Shown one piece after another: positions 14,155-24,504 of a stretch of DNA of 34,253 bases. Every line of letters starts with the position of its first letter. Position 1 is the first letter of the stretch. The DNA lies in assembly GCA_021299565.1 (NCBI GenBank), contig JAJTHA010000046.1:1-34253 (forward strand), in the 5' to 3' direction. The DNA comes from Candidatus Caenarcanales bacterium. Its GTDB lineage: Bacteria; Cyanobacteriota; Vampirovibrionia; LMEP-6097. Both the position numbers and the translations under genes were made by a program. The notes below the pieces were generated by a model. It saw nothing but the letters and a program-made list of their open reading frames with translations. It was not told the origin of the DNA and did no database searches.

Positions 14155-15105
14155 CTTAGACCTTGGATCAAGCTTGTAAAGTAACAGATCTGCTAGTAGA
14201 TTCCCCAAAACTAGCATCATGCTTCCTAATAAAAGATTTGCTAAGACCAGATTCACATCTAGTTTGCGAGCCGCTTCTAGTGTTAGATGACCAAGACCTG
14301 GATAAGAAATAATCATTTCGATTATTCCAGAACCAGCAAATAATCCAGCAAATTCAAAGCCAAACATCGTGATTAATGGGTTGATAGCGTTTCTTAAAGC
14401 GTGCTTGATGATGATGACTGGATAACTTAATCCTTTGGCTTTTGCAGTTCTAATATAGCTTGCATTGAGTACATCAAGTAAATTGGCCTGCATTTGTTTT
14501 TGCACACTAGTAAAACCAAGCAAAACCAAAATCACCACCGGCAAAATTAAATGTTTAGCTATATCAAAAAATTTCTCTACAATATTAAGCTCGTCAAAAT
14601 TAGAGCTAGTAAGTCCACCAATTGGCAAACAGCCACTATACAAAGCTATGATGAGCATGAAGATTGCAATCAAAAAACTCGGACTAGACATCAAAATAGA
14701 GTTGACGAGATTGATAAAACTATCTAGCCAAGAATCTTTGAAAACAGCAGTTAGAACACCAAATAAAACCGCAATTAGCCAGGTGAAAAATAGTGCAACT
14801 ATATTTAGTAAAAGTGTGTTTAACAACGCTGGCTTGATTACATCAATTACTCTTTGGTTGTTTTGACTTAGCCCAAGATCACCTTTGCCAAGGTTAATTA
14901 GCCATGAAAGATATTGCAGATGAACGGGCTTATCAAGACCAAGTCTTTTAGTCTCCGCATTTATTTTTTCTTGTGAAATTGAAGGATTCAGCTTGAGGTC
15001 AGCCAAAGGATCTCCGGTTATTTTCATTAGTGTAAAAGTAAAGAAACTAATAAAAATTACCAAAATCACTGCGTAGATTAAGCGTTTGCAGAGAAAATTT
15101 AGCAT
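14152..15105 (-). CDS. ABC transporter permease, DppB/OppB (peptide/nickel) type
   Basis: 317 aa, multi-TM. It carries the BPD_transp_1 EAA-loop region [31 protein letters not shown]. Confidence 0.85.
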   Translation of the reverse strand: MLNFLCKRLIYAVILVIFISFFTFTLMKITGDPLADLKLNPSISQEKINAETKRLGLDKPVHLQYLSWLINLGKGDLGLSQNNQRVIDVIKPALLNTLLLNIVALFFTWLIAVLFGVLTAVFKDSWLDSFINLVNSILMSSPSFLIAIFMLIIALYSGCLPIGGLTSSNFDELNIVEKFFDIAKHLILPVVILVLLGFTSVQKQMQANLLDVLNASYIRTAKAKGLSYPVIIIKHALRNAINPLITMFGFEFAGLFAGSGIIEMIISYPGLGHLTLEAARKLDVNLVLANLLLGSMMLVLGNLLADLLLYKLDPRSK

Positions 15106-15135
15106 TTTTATATTCTAAGCTATAATCATTTTCCT

Positions 15136-16185
15136 ATGTCAAAGTTAATCGCATTAATACCGGGAGATGGAATTGGTCCAGAAGTCATAAAAGAAACCAT
15201 CAAGGTTTTGAATGTTCTAGCGCCTGATTTCAAATATATTGAACTAGATTTGGGCGGTGTAGCAATAGACAAATATGGAGTCCCTTTTCCAGATGAGACC
15301 AAAAAGAAAGTCAAAGAAGTTGATGCGGTTTTAATGGCAGCAATTGGTGGTCCTAAATATGATAATTTGCCGCGTGAAAAGCGTCCAGAGACTGGGTTAT
15401 TGGCGTTACGTAAAGAGTTGAATGCTTTTGCAAATATTAGACCAGCTATGGTTTTTGATTCTCTCGCGCATCTTTCTACTCTTAAAACCGAAGTAGTTAG
15501 AGGCACAGATTTAGTAGTTGTTCGCGAACTGACAGGTGGTATTTATTTTGGGCAGCCAACAGCCAATGATGGTCAAAAAGCTTATAATACAGCTGTTTAT
15601 ACAGTTGAAGAAATTGAACGAATTGCAAAAGTTGCTTTTGAGTTTGCTCAAAAGCGCAGTAAGAAGTTATGCTCTGTAGATAAAGCTAATGTTCTAAACG
15701 TTTCACAACTTTGGAGAGACGTTGTTACAAAGCTTGCTTCTAATTATCCTGACGTCGAACTTAGTCATATGTACGTTGATAATGCTGCTATGCAACTTAT
15801 CAAAAACCCTAAGCAATTTGATGTAATCGTTACTAGTAATTTGTTTGGAGATATTTTGTCAGATGAGGCGAGTATGTTAACAGGTAGTATAGGACTGCTG
15901 CCTAGCGCTTCTTTAGGAGACGGTACACTGCCTGGCTTATATGAACCTGTCCATGGTTCAGCTCCGGATATAGCTGGTAAGGGCTTGGCTAATCCTGTTG
16001 CTATGATGCTTTCAGCGGCGATGATGCTTAGATATAGCTTTAGTATGAATAAAGAAGCAGATATCTTAGAGTCAGCTATCAAATCAGTTTTGGATGCTGG
16101 TATACTTACCGCTGATCTTGGCGGCAAATCTAATACCTTAGAAATTGGTGAAGCGGTTTTAAATAGAATAAAAGTCCCTGTATGA
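15136..16185 (+). CDS. leuB: 3-isopropylmalate dehydrogenase
   Basis: [23 protein letters not shown] and [33 protein letters not shown] box at 15121-15126 lies 9 nt upstream of the ATG. Confidence 0.9.
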   Translation: MSKLIALIPGDGIGPEVIKETIKVLNVLAPDFKYIELDLGGVAIDKYGVPFPDETKKKVKEVDAVLMAAIGGPKYDNLPREKRPETGLLALRKELNAFANIRPAMVFDSLAHLSTLKTEVVRGTDLVVVRELTGGIYFGQPTANDGQKAYNTAVYTVEEIERIAKVAFEFAQKRSKKLCSVDKANVLNVSQLWRDVVTKLASNYPDVELSHMYVDNAAMQLIKNPKQFDVIVTSNLFGDILSDEASMLTGSIGLLPSASLGDGTLPGLYEPVHGSAPDIAGKGLANPVAMMLSAAMMLRYSFSMNKEADILESAIKSVLDAGILTADLGGKSNTLEIGEAVLNRIKVPV

Positions 16186-16997
16186 AATTATGTTCATGGA
16201 ATGTAAATGGCATTAGAGCTGTCGCTCAAAAAGGTTTTTTTGAATGGCTCAATAATTCTGGATTTGATGTTGTTTGTTTGCAAGAAACTAAAGCTCAACC
16301 GGATCAACTTGAGCCCAAATTTTTATCACAACTGCAATATCCTTATGTGAGCTTCAATAGCGCTGAACGTAAAGGTTATAGTGGAGTCGCTAATTATTTT
16401 CGCAATGAGCCTCAAATCATCAAGCATGGCTTTGATGTGGATTTATTTTCTAAGCCACAGAAGCTTCTGAAAGACTTTAACAGTGAAGGGCGTATCATCG
16501 AGTCCCATCATAAGCTAAATGATAAAAAGCTCTTGATACTGCTAAATATATATTTTCCTAATGGAGGTTCTGGCGAGGAGAGACTGAAATTTAAGCTCGA
16601 ATTTTACGAAGCATTTCTAGATTATTTAAAGGCACTTGAAAAAATTTCTCCATATATTGCAGTCACTGGAGATTACAATACTGCGCATCATGAAATAGAT
16701 TTGGCTAGACCAAAAGAAAACATCAATATATCAGGCTTTATGCCAATTGAAAGGGAGTACCTGGATCGCTTACAGCAAATGGGCTACATTGATACCTTTC
16801 GTTATTTGAATCCTGCTAAAAAGGACTCTTACACTTGGTGGAGTTTTAGAACAGCTGCTCGTAAAAGAAATGTAGGCTGGAGAATTGATTATTTTTTTGT
16901 TAGTTCTGCGCTTAAATCAATTATTAGTGACGCCAAAATACTTGATGATGTTATGGGCTCTGATCATTGCCCTGTGACTTTGGAACTCAAAATCTAA
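16182..16997 (+). CDS. xthA: Exodeoxyribonuclease III
   Basis: [24 protein letters not shown] and SDHCPV. It overlaps leuB by the 4 nt ATGA. Confidence 0.9.
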   Translation: MKLCSWNVNGIRAVAQKGFFEWLNNSGFDVVCLQETKAQPDQLEPKFLSQLQYPYVSFNSAERKGYSGVANYFRNEPQIIKHGFDVDLFSKPQKLLKDFNSEGRIIESHHKLNDKKLLILLNIYFPNGGSGEERLKFKLEFYEAFLDYLKALEKISPYIAVTGDYNTAHHEIDLARPKENINISGFMPIEREYLDRLQQMGYIDTFRYLNPAKKDSYTWWSFRTAARKRNVGWRIDYFFVSSALKSIISDAKILDDVMGSDHCPVTLELKI

Positions 16998-17362
16998 AAT
17001 TGCCCAGTTCTTATGAGAACTAATGTGCAAGCTTCCAAGACCTCAATGCCACTTGCTTTGAGCTTTTGGGCAAGTTCTGGGTTTTCGGTATTTGGGTTGA
17101 AAATCACTCGTCTTGGTTTAATTGCCAAAATTTCTTCAAACAAAGGTTTTGATAATTCAGGATTAATATAGACGCTCAGAGTATCGATGTCAGTATCTTT
17201 GATGGAACCTAAATCAGGGAGCACAGTGATACCCAATATCTCTTTGAGTTTTGGGTGAATTGGAATTACGGTGTAGCCTTTTGATTTGAGTAATTCCACC
17301 GCTTGGTAAGAATATCTCTCAGCTTTATCAGAGGCTCCAAGTACTATAACTTTACTGAGCAT
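16994..17362 (-). CDS. CoA-binding domain protein (YccU/YneT-like)
   Basis: VIVLGASDKAERYSYQAVELLKSKGYTVIPIHPK; 122 aa. Confidence 0.7.
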   Translation of the reverse strand: MLSKVIVLGASDKAERYSYQAVELLKSKGYTVIPIHPKLKEILGITVLPDLGSIKDTDIDTLSVYINPELSKPLFEEILAIKPRRVIFNPNTENPELAQKLKASGIEVLEACTLVLIRTGQF

Positions 17363-18989
17363 TTAGGGCTTTCTCTCTAGCTTTGCGTTTGTCTACCATG
17401 ATATGAACTATTCTTCTGGATGTAGCGTTGACTGATCTGATGAATTCTAAAACCCACAAATTTAGTTTTTCATGTTCATAGTCTTTATCATTGTGAATTT
17501 TTTCTACTGAATTGTTTCTAAGTTCTTCCTCGATAGCTCTTAGTCCATTTAAGCTAGCTTCCACTTTGAGTGCATCATCATCAGAGTCATTGAGGATTGC
17601 GTTGCAAGCTTTTGAAAAACACTTAACGGTTTTTTTGAAATAATCTTCTACTCCATTGTAACTACCATCAAAATCAGGAATTTTTGAACTTAGAGTCTCT
17701 AGAGATGCCTCAAGTTTATAAGCCACATGTTCAATTTCATTGACCAGAGATACTTGATTGACGACTCTAGCAACGTCTTTGTAAGAGAGTCTTAGCTTTG
17801 CTACTCTACTTAAGAAATCCAAAATATCTGCTCTAAATTCTTGTTGATATTCTCTTAGTTTTACTAGTTGAGTGATTTTGTCTTTTTCTTTTTTGATGAA
17901 ATAATCTCTTGATAACCAGAGCATTTCTTTAACAACATTCTTGTAAGTACGTATGCCATCAACTGAGCTCACAAACAATAATTCAGGACTGTCGGATAGA
18001 CTGCTGACTCTTGGAAAACTGTATTTGATTTTGTCTGTTTCTTTGTCGTCAGGTACGCAAATAGTACTAAGCCATCCTAAATTCTTGAGAAATGGCATGA
18101 AAATTACTGCAGAAAAAACATTGAAATAAGTTTGAGCGTTCGCAACTAATCTTGGGATATCACTATCGTTAGGACTGAGCCATTTGATTAACTGAACAAA
18201 GCCGGGCACCCAAAAAGCAAACATCAGCACTCCAATCAGGTTATAGAGTATATGAGACATGGCGACCCTTTTGGCTGAGGCGCCAGAACCTAATGAGGCT
18301 ATCCAAGCAGTAACGCAAGTCCCGATATTAGAACCCAAAATCAACGGCACAGCAGCTTCTAGAGTGATTAATCCTTGCATGGCAAGCCCAATGGTGATTC
18401 CCGTAAATGCTCCGCTTGAATGAATAATTGCTGTAAAAACTGCACCGACAAAAATACCAAACCAAACGTTCTCGCAATGAGTCATTAAGTCAATGAAGTA
18501 TTCTGAATTGCGAAAACTTTTCATAGAGGCTGACATGTAGTCAAGTCCCAAGAAAAGTAAACCAAGTCCAAGTACAATCATCGCAAAATATTTTGTTCGA
18601 GAGCGCTTTGCTAGAGTGCGCATCATGAATCCAATAAAAACAATCGCCATAGCCCATTTGGTCACATCAAAAGCCATTATTTGCCCAGTAACGGTACTGC
18701 CGATATTTGCTCCAAGCATTACGGCAAGGCTTCTTTCGAATGTCATTAATTTAGATTGAACTAGTGAAACTAAAATTGATGTTGTGGCACTACTACTATT
18801 TACTATTCCGGTAACTAGCGTACCAACGAAAATTCCGACATAAGGATTATCAGTTGCTTTTTCTAAAACTAGTTTGAGAGTATTGCCAGCAGCTTTGCTC
18901 AAATTGCCAGACATCATATCCAAGCCGAACAACAAAAGAGCTGCTCCGCCTAAAAGCCCTACTATATTTAATAATGTTATACCTTCCAC
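17352..18989 (-). CDS. Na/Pi cotransporter family protein with a C-terminal PhoU-like region
   Basis: Multi-TM protein with duplicated GANIGSTVTG / GSNIGTCVTAW motifs and a helical C-terminal domain. GTG start. Confidence 0.8.
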   Translation of the reverse strand: MEGITLLNIVGLLGGAALLLFGLDMMSGNLSKAAGNTLKLVLEKATDNPYVGIFVGTLVTGIVNSSSATTSILVSLVQSKLMTFERSLAVMLGANIGSTVTGQIMAFDVTKWAMAIVFIGFMMRTLAKRSRTKYFAMIVLGLGLLFLGLDYMSASMKSFRNSEYFIDLMTHCENVWFGIFVGAVFTAIIHSSGAFTGITIGLAMQGLITLEAAVPLILGSNIGTCVTAWIASLGSGASAKRVAMSHILYNLIGVLMFAFWVPGFVQLIKWLSPNDSDIPRLVANAQTYFNVFSAVIFMPFLKNLGWLSTICVPDDKETDKIKYSFPRVSSLSDSPELLFVSSVDGIRTYKNVVKEMLWLSRDYFIKKEKDKITQLVKLREYQQEFRADILDFLSRVAKLRLSYKDVARVVNQVSLVNEIEHVAYKLEASLETLSSKIPDFDGSYNGVEDYFKKTVKCFSKACNAILNDSDDDALKVEASLNGLRAIEEELRNNSVEKIHNDKDYEHEKLNLWVLEFIRSVNATSRRIVHIMVDKRKAREKALNAQ

Positions 18990-19090
18990 AAATTTACTTT
19001 TAAACCGAGACTAACCGCCAAGAATTCTAGCAAGCCCTTGTGAAATAATACAAGCTTATTAAAACAAGATGCATTCAACATATAAATACT

Positions 19091-19119
19091 TTACAAATCA
19101 CCAGTTGGCCCACTATACT
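19091..19119 (+). promoter_or_regulatory. Sigma-70-type promoter: TTACAA-N17-TATACT
   Basis: The -35 is at 19091-19096 and the -10 at 19114-19119. The -10 ends 10 nt before the ATG at 19130, and no SD sequence lies between. Confidence 0.45.
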
Positions 19120-19129
19120 TCTTAACTGT

Positions 19130-19396
19130 ATGAAAAAAGCATTATTAATAGCATTAGTAGCAATCTTGACTGGCGCTCCAGTTCTTGCTGACGGATATCA
19201 CAAATCTAAACCAGCTAAGAAAGCAAAAGAGAAATCAGATTCAGGCAAAGTTTGCGCAACTTGTGGTTTAGTTAAAGCTCTTGTTTGGACAGTTAAACTA
19301 CCAGTTAGAGTTGTAACTTCAACAGGCGTTGGACTTTATGAGTTAGTAACTGATGGAGATTTCACAGGCTTTAAAGAAGGCTATCAGCTAATCTAA
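19130..19396 (+). CDS. Small secreted hypothetical protein (signal peptide, Lys-rich linker, CATC motif)
   Basis: The 88-aa ORF starts MKKALLIALVAILTGAPVLA-DG, followed by a KSKPAKKAKEKS linker and the CATC motif. A promoter lies directly upstream. No family recognised. Confidence 0.5.
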   Translation: MKKALLIALVAILTGAPVLADGYHKSKPAKKAKEKSDSGKVCATCGLVKALVWTVKLPVRVVTSTGVGLYELVTDGDFTGFKEGYQLI

Positions 19397-19399
19397 AAA

Positions 19400-20530
19400 T
19401 TGAACGATACAACTAACAAAAAGTTTTATCGCTATGATTTATCGCCTTTGTGGGAAATCCACAAAGGCTATTTTTTTGAAAGCGGACTTAAACCCTGGAA
19501 ATCTGGCGCTGTGCCATTTTCGGGGGTTTCTAATTATAACGAAGCTTATAAAAAAGCAAGATTAGTAATAGAGAATCTCAAAAAAATCAAAAAAGATGAT
19601 TTATTTGAAATAAAAATTCTTGAGCTCGCGTCGGGCAATGGAGAATTTGCTAGAAATTTTCTTTATGTTTTTCAAGAAATCTGCGAAGCAGAGTCATTGA
19701 ATTATTTTTCGAGATTGAAATTCTCGATAAGTGATTTCTCTCAAAAGACTCTTGATGAATTGAAAGCAAGTGGCAGGTTTGATAAATTTCAAAGTCAAAT
19801 TCAGTTTGAATGTATCGATGTGTTGAATCCACAAGTCATATGTGATTCTAGCTTTGATTGTATTTTGGCAAATTACCTTTTAGATCAATTCCCAGCGCGT
19901 ATCTTCGTTAAAGACGCAAATCAATATTTTGAAAAGTATATAGCAGTCTCTGATGACAAAAAATATTATCACCCAGGGAAAAATTTCATAAAGCGCATTC
20001 CTAAATTTTTTGAATTCAGATCCGTGAATTTGTCTCAGGAATTGAGCATACAGCATCTAGATATTTTTGAGTCTTGTTTTAGGACTTCTAAAACCTCTAC
20101 AGCAGTGTATTCTTATGGGGCGTTAAGAGTGTTGAGAAATTTATTACCGAAATTAAATGAAAATGGAATTTTGATCATGTCAGATTTCCATGGAGCTTCT
20201 AGAGGCGGTTTTGATAAATACGAACCTTGTTATTACGGAAATTCTATTGCTCATCCTGTTAATTTTGAGTTTATTGCTAAATATTTCCAAGATTATCCAA
20301 CGGTGATTTTATATGAAGATCCGATCAAGCCTTTGCACACATTGATTTTGGCAAGACCTGATTTTTCGAGAGCTTTTGAGCTTGGAGAAATTTATCATCA
20401 AGTTTATTTGCAGAATAAATTTATTAGAGCGTTGTATAGATTTCTTGTTGAATTTAAACTGAGTTTATATTTGTTTCTTTTGATCGCTTTTCTGATGGTG
20501 TTTCTATGCACTTTAAAAGCCAATGTTTGA
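19400..20530 (+). CDS. Class I SAM-dependent methyltransferase-like protein (MidA/NDUFAF7-like, DUF185-like) with a C-terminal TM helix
   Basis: ILELASGNGEFARNF (motif I), ILANYLLDQFPARIF (compare ANE..DA.P of MidA) and GILIMSDFHG (compare iDYG). The C-terminus LSLYLFLLIAFLMVFLCTL is hydrophobic. The TTG start is 3 nt after the previous stop. Confidence 0.5.
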   Translation: MNDTTNKKFYRYDLSPLWEIHKGYFFESGLKPWKSGAVPFSGVSNYNEAYKKARLVIENLKKIKKDDLFEIKILELASGNGEFARNFLYVFQEICEAESLNYFSRLKFSISDFSQKTLDELKASGRFDKFQSQIQFECIDVLNPQVICDSSFDCILANYLLDQFPARIFVKDANQYFEKYIAVSDDKKYYHPGKNFIKRIPKFFEFRSVNLSQELSIQHLDIFESCFRTSKTSTAVYSYGALRVLRNLLPKLNENGILIMSDFHGASRGGFDKYEPCYYGNSIAHPVNFEFIAKYFQDYPTVILYEDPIKPLHTLILARPDFSRAFELGEIYHQVYLQNKFIRALYRFLVEFKLSLYLFLLIAFLMVFLCTLKANV

Positions 20531-21248
20531 ATTTTTCTGGTTCGTCTTCCATAATCGCATGTCCTGACCATTTGAAAAGTTCGAACTTAGCTACCGGTGT
20601 TGCTAAAAACAATCTATAAATCAAAGCAGAAGGAGCAACAAAATCAAAACGACCTGCTGCTAGGAAAATTGGACATTTGAGTCTTGGGATTTTTTTGAAA
20701 GCAGTCCATCTTCTTACATGTTTATAAATTTCTTGAAGTACATGGGCATTGGTCATGATTGAAGATTTGTAACGTGGTCTTAGAGAGGTTTTTTGGAAAA
20801 AATCTAGATTTTTTTGAATGATTTCAAGAGGTGTTCCTAGTAAAAATTTCAAGAAATCTTTGACTGGACTAACTAGCTGCGGAGGCATTGCAGTGAGTAT
20901 GAGTTTATTTATGAAATCTGGATAGTTTTCTGCAATTGTTACGGCGACTATGCCGCCGAAACTGTGAGTGACCATAGTGATTTTTTTGTTTGGAAAAATT
21001 TTGAGATGAGTTAGTGTATCCATAACATCCTGTAAATGAGAATCAATATCAATCTTCATATGCTCTTTAGGTTGTTGCATTAATCGAGTCTCTCCGTGTC
21101 CTCTGAGATCGAGAGCTAAGCAATAGTAGCCTTTGGAAGCTACAATGGTCAGTTCATTGAGCCAGACGCTAGCATCGCTCGCGCTACCGTGAATAAACAC
21201 AATTATTGGATCTTCTGGTCGACCTTTTTCGTAATAATTAAGAATCAT
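20454..21248 (-). CDS. Alpha/beta hydrolase
   Basis: IVFIHGSASD, the nucleophile elbow THSFGG and a C-terminal SGHAIMEDEPEKF. 264 aa. Confidence 0.8.
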   Translation of the reverse strand: MILNYYEKGRPEDPIIVFIHGSASDASVWLNELTIVASKGYYCLALDLRGHGETRLMQQPKEHMKIDIDSHLQDVMDTLTHLKIFPNKKITMVTHSFGGIVAVTIAENYPDFINKLILTAMPPQLVSPVKDFLKFLLGTPLEIIQKNLDFFQKTSLRPRYKSSIMTNAHVLQEIYKHVRRWTAFKKIPRLKCPIFLAAGRFDFVAPSALIYRLFLATPVAKFELFKWSGHAIMEDEPEKFKHWLLKCIETPSEKRSKETNINSV

Positions 21249-21354
21249 TTGTCTAAATCCATTATATTATGCCCGTTTAGGAAGAGGTCGTGTGCGTTAA
21301 TTAGACTAGATAGAACAACTTATGAACAGCACAACAATAAAGGGAACGTAATTA

Positions 21355-22614
21355 ATGTTAGCTACTTATATAGAAAGCGATCAATTAATGCATTTAATCG
21401 TAAAAACAACAAGTGACGCCTTTGGCCTAGAGTCAAATAATTCTAGGCAAGTAGCTGTTGATGATTTATTGGATTGGTTTGCTCTTGAATACAACATACA
21501 TTCATTAATTAATGATTTTTGGGGCACCAATGCAAAAGCAAGATTAATAGCAGTCACCAAGGATATCAAAGACCAGTCCTGGAAAGGTTTAGTATCAGAG
21601 TGGGATACAGGCTCTTCAATGCCAGGTCAATTTCGCGTTAATAAAACATTTATAGAAAGCTTACTCAGATACAGTCTTGGCGATACTGGAAGACCTTTTA
21701 AGCTCAAAGAGATTACCGAGCTAGAGCTTGCTTTTTTTGAAAACTTTTTTATCAATCTTGAAAATTACTGGAAAGATTTTTGGAAACTAACCATCCCAAA
21801 TTCCAATGGAACATTTATTTATTTGATATGGTGTATCGAAATAGACGATAGATCCTTAGGCTCTCTTGCAATTGGTGTGCCTCCAGGCATAGTCCCTAAA
21901 ACCAATAAGGTGAAAAACAAGGTTGACTTCAGGTCCCTCATGTCACAACTAGACATAGAAGTGCCCTTAGATTTGACTGTAGGCAAAAGCAAACTAAAAA
22001 TTAGTGACATAAAAACTTTGGAAGCTGGAGATTTAATTGTTTTTGAAAACAGTTCGATAGATTATCTTACTTGGAAAAAGTCAGATATGGATCAATTGAC
22101 GATAAATATAGAAATTCCAAGCAAAGATAATTCAAGATTTGCAGATTTATACTATGATGATCTAGAGATAGACAACATGGTCGACGAACATTCAAATTCT
22201 GAGGATTTACTAACTGATTTGCCAGTGGAGCTTACTGCTCAATTCAAGTCGGTGCATATGCCTTTAAATAAAATTTTGGAACTAGAGTCTGGTGGTATAT
22301 TGCCGTTAGGCTTATTGATAGATTCACAACTAACGCTAGTTGCACCTGGTGATAAACCAATTGCAGCGGGTAATTTGGTAATTGTCGGTAATCAATTTGG
22401 TATTAGAATCAATAAACTTAATATCAAAAAATCTATGACAGCAAAGCTAAATAACTACCAGTCTTCATACATTGAAGCTCCTATGCCAAGCCAAGCTCCT
22501 AAAAAAGCTCCAGTCATGCAAGTTGCTGAAAATCTAGATGAAGATTTAGATCAAGAATTAGAAGATATAGGCATTGATCCTAAAGAATTGGATGAGCTTG
22601 AGGATCTTTATTAA
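21355..22614 (+). CDS. FliM/FliN/SctQ-superfamily protein with two tandem SpoA domains and an acidic C-terminal tail
   Basis: The C-terminal SpoA domain is LPVELTAQFKSVHMPLNKILELESGGILPL...IAAGNLVIVGNQFGIRINKL. An upstream second copy reads EVPLDLTVGKSKLKISDIKTLEAGDLIVFE. A FliM-middle-like segment is LKEITELELAFFENFF. There is no N-terminal LSQxEIDxLL CheY-binding peptide. Confidence 0.65.
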   Translation: MLATYIESDQLMHLIVKTTSDAFGLESNNSRQVAVDDLLDWFALEYNIHSLINDFWGTNAKARLIAVTKDIKDQSWKGLVSEWDTGSSMPGQFRVNKTFIESLLRYSLGDTGRPFKLKEITELELAFFENFFINLENYWKDFWKLTIPNSNGTFIYLIWCIEIDDRSLGSLAIGVPPGIVPKTNKVKNKVDFRSLMSQLDIEVPLDLTVGKSKLKISDIKTLEAGDLIVFENSSIDYLTWKKSDMDQLTINIEIPSKDNSRFADLYYDDLEIDNMVDEHSNSEDLLTDLPVELTAQFKSVHMPLNKILELESGGILPLGLLIDSQLTLVAPGDKPIAAGNLVIVGNQFGIRINKLNIKKSMTAKLNNYQSSYIEAPMPSQAPKKAPVMQVAENLDEDLDQELEDIGIDPKELDELEDLY

Positions 22615-24504
22615 TTGCGTTTTTTAGTTTCCCTGTTTTTATTATTTGGGACTGTTTTTGGGCTTGGTGCTTGTTCTTGCTTGGATCAAAGCAAAAAATT
22701 TTTTATTTGTGCTGAAAACTCTGATCTAAAGCTGGTTGATGCTTTAGTCAAAAATTCTAAATCTCAAAAACTACAAAAAATAACTTGTAAAAATTGGGAT
22801 AGTCCTAAAATTCTTTCTGCTCTTGAAACAGGACAATTGGATGCATATATAGGTTCACTTGATCAAGCGGGCTCATTGAAAAACTCTATTTTAATTGCTA
22901 AAGATGGTTTAGTGATAGTCAGTAACAAAAGCAATAAGCAAGCTAGTTTGACGATGGTTCAATTAAAAGAGATTTTTGCTCGTCAAAAAACCAATTGGTC
23001 CAGTATCAGTGGTAATCCGGATGAATCTCCTATTGTTGTTATTGATCAGTCAGAAAACTCTAGTTCAAAAATTTATCTTTATCAGCAATTATTTGCTAAT
23101 AACCAAATGAAATTCTCTGCAAAAGTGAAGGTGGAAAATTCGGCTGAAATTAAAAATGCACTTGCCAAATTCCCTAATGCGATTTCGTATATTAACTTTT
23201 CTGAATATAGTGATAGTTTGAAAGCCTTTCAAATAGATAGTATTCCTGCCACCAAAGAAAATGTCCAAAAAGGTTATTTCCCTTTATTTAGACCAGTTAA
23301 GATTTACTTTAATAAAACAACACTTAAAACCAGCTCAAAGAGTCAAGATTTCAATGAGTTATTAAATTTGATTCTTGGTAACAAAGGACAACAATTGATT
23401 GAAGATCTTAGTTACATACCTTTGGATCAAGCCGAGCTCAATAATATAAAAACCAATAATAGAGCAATTTTAATTGGCGTAGGAGTGCCTTTGGATGGGA
23501 CTTATACAGATCTTTCAAAATCTATAATTAATGCAGTTAAATTAGCTGCAGAGCAGTTGAATGAAGCCGGAGGCATAGATAGTAGAGATATAGAAATTAT
23601 CACTTGTAATGATGAATCTAGAGTGGATCAAGGTTTAGTTTGTGCCCAAAAATTTATAGACGCTGGAGTTACTGCGGTTATAGGACATCTCAATTCTCAA
23701 GTATCAATCGAGACGTCAAAGCTTTATGTAGAACATCAAATTCCTATGATTACGGCAGCGTCTACTCATCCGTGGTTTACCGAAAGACCAGGAGCGCGAG
23801 GTTTTGTGTTTAGAACTGTTGGGCGTGATGACAAGCAAGCTGAATTGCTGGCTAAATCAATTTCAAATCTGGCTATCCCACATCCAGCAAAAGTAGCAAT
23901 ATTTAATAATAGTACTGTTTATGGAGCTACTTTAAGCTCTTTAATTGAAGCTCAAATCATTGGCATTGCAAAAGATAAAGTTACTGCTATTAAAGCTTTA
24001 CAACAAGGTAAAAATCAATATCATAATGAAGTCGAAGCATTAGATGCTCAAGTTTTGGTTTTCGTAGGTGAAGCAACTGACGCCGCTCAATTAGTAAAAG
24101 AGCTTGCGCTTACTAATCACAAGAACATCGTTTTTATTGGGGCTGAAGGTATTTTTAGCCAGAGATATATACAGGAAGCTGGTTTGAGAGCCGAAGGTAC
24201 TTATGTTACAGGGACCATTCTGGAATTGGGTTCTAAGCAGTTAGAGGATTTTGAAAACTTATATCTGGAAAAATTCAAAACCAAGCCAACAGCTTTTGCT
24301 TTAAATGCTTTTGATGCAATGATGATTTTAGGGCAAGCTTTAAAAAATTCCCAAACAGAAAATATACCTTTGATAGATTCAATTAAAAAAACTAACTATA
24401 GCGGTATCACTGGTCAAATAATGTTTAATTCTATTGGTGATCCGATTCAGCCGCGTATGTGTTTGTATCAAGTTAAAAACGCTAAATTTATTAAGCTCAA
24501 TTAA
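22615..24504 (+). CDS. Lipoprotein fusing a PstS-like (type II) and a LivK-like (type I) solute-binding domain
   Basis: Lipobox FGLGAC. The N-terminal half has PBP_like_2 features (WSSISGNP...IVVIDQSENSSSKIY, NAISYINF). The C-terminal half is LivK-like (ILIGVGVPLDGTY...AEQLNEAGGI...AVIGHLNSQVS...PMITAASTHP...VFRTVGRDDKQAELLA). The TTG start directly abuts the previous stop. Confidence 0.65.
   Translation: MRFLVSLFLLFGTVFGLGACSCLDQSKKFFICAENSDLKLVDALVKNSKSQKLQKITCKNWDSPKILSALETGQLDAYIGSLDQAGSLKNSILIAKDGLVIVSNKSNKQASLTMVQLKEIFARQKTNWSSISGNPDESPIVVIDQSENSSSKIYLYQQLFANNQMKFSAKVKVENSAEIKNALAKFPNAISYINFSEYSDSLKAFQIDSIPATKENVQKGYFPLFRPVKIYFNKTTLKTSSKSQDFNELLNLILGNKGQQLIEDLSYIPLDQAELNNIKTNNRAILIGVGVPLDGTYTDLSKSIINAVKLAAEQLNEAGGIDSRDIEIITCNDESRVDQGLVCAQKFIDAGVTAVIGHLNSQVSIETSKLYVEHQIPMITAASTHPWFTERPGARGFVFRTVGRDDKQAELLAKSISNLAIPHPAKVAIFNNSTVYGATLSSLIEAQIIGIAKDKVTAIKALQQGKNQYHNEVEALDAQVLVFVGEATDAAQLVKELALTNHKNIVFIGAEGIFSQRYIQEAGLRAEGTYVTGTILELGSKQLEDFENLYLEKFKTKPTAFALNAFDAMMILGQALKNSQTENIPLIDSIKKTNYSGITGQIMFNSIGDPIQPRMCLYQVKNAKFIKLN

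Noticed and set aside
15126-16127. ORFs of 126 and 120 aa on the minus strand (15126-15506, 15765-16127)
   Set aside because: They lie entirely antisense within the well-supported leuB and show no recognisable motifs.
21189-21569. ORFs 21189-21416 (+) and 21381-21569 (-) around the hydrolase / 21355 intergenic region
   Set aside because: They overlap the starts of better-supported genes, are short, and have no motifs. I found no convincing structured RNA in the 106-nt spacer (21249-21354) either.
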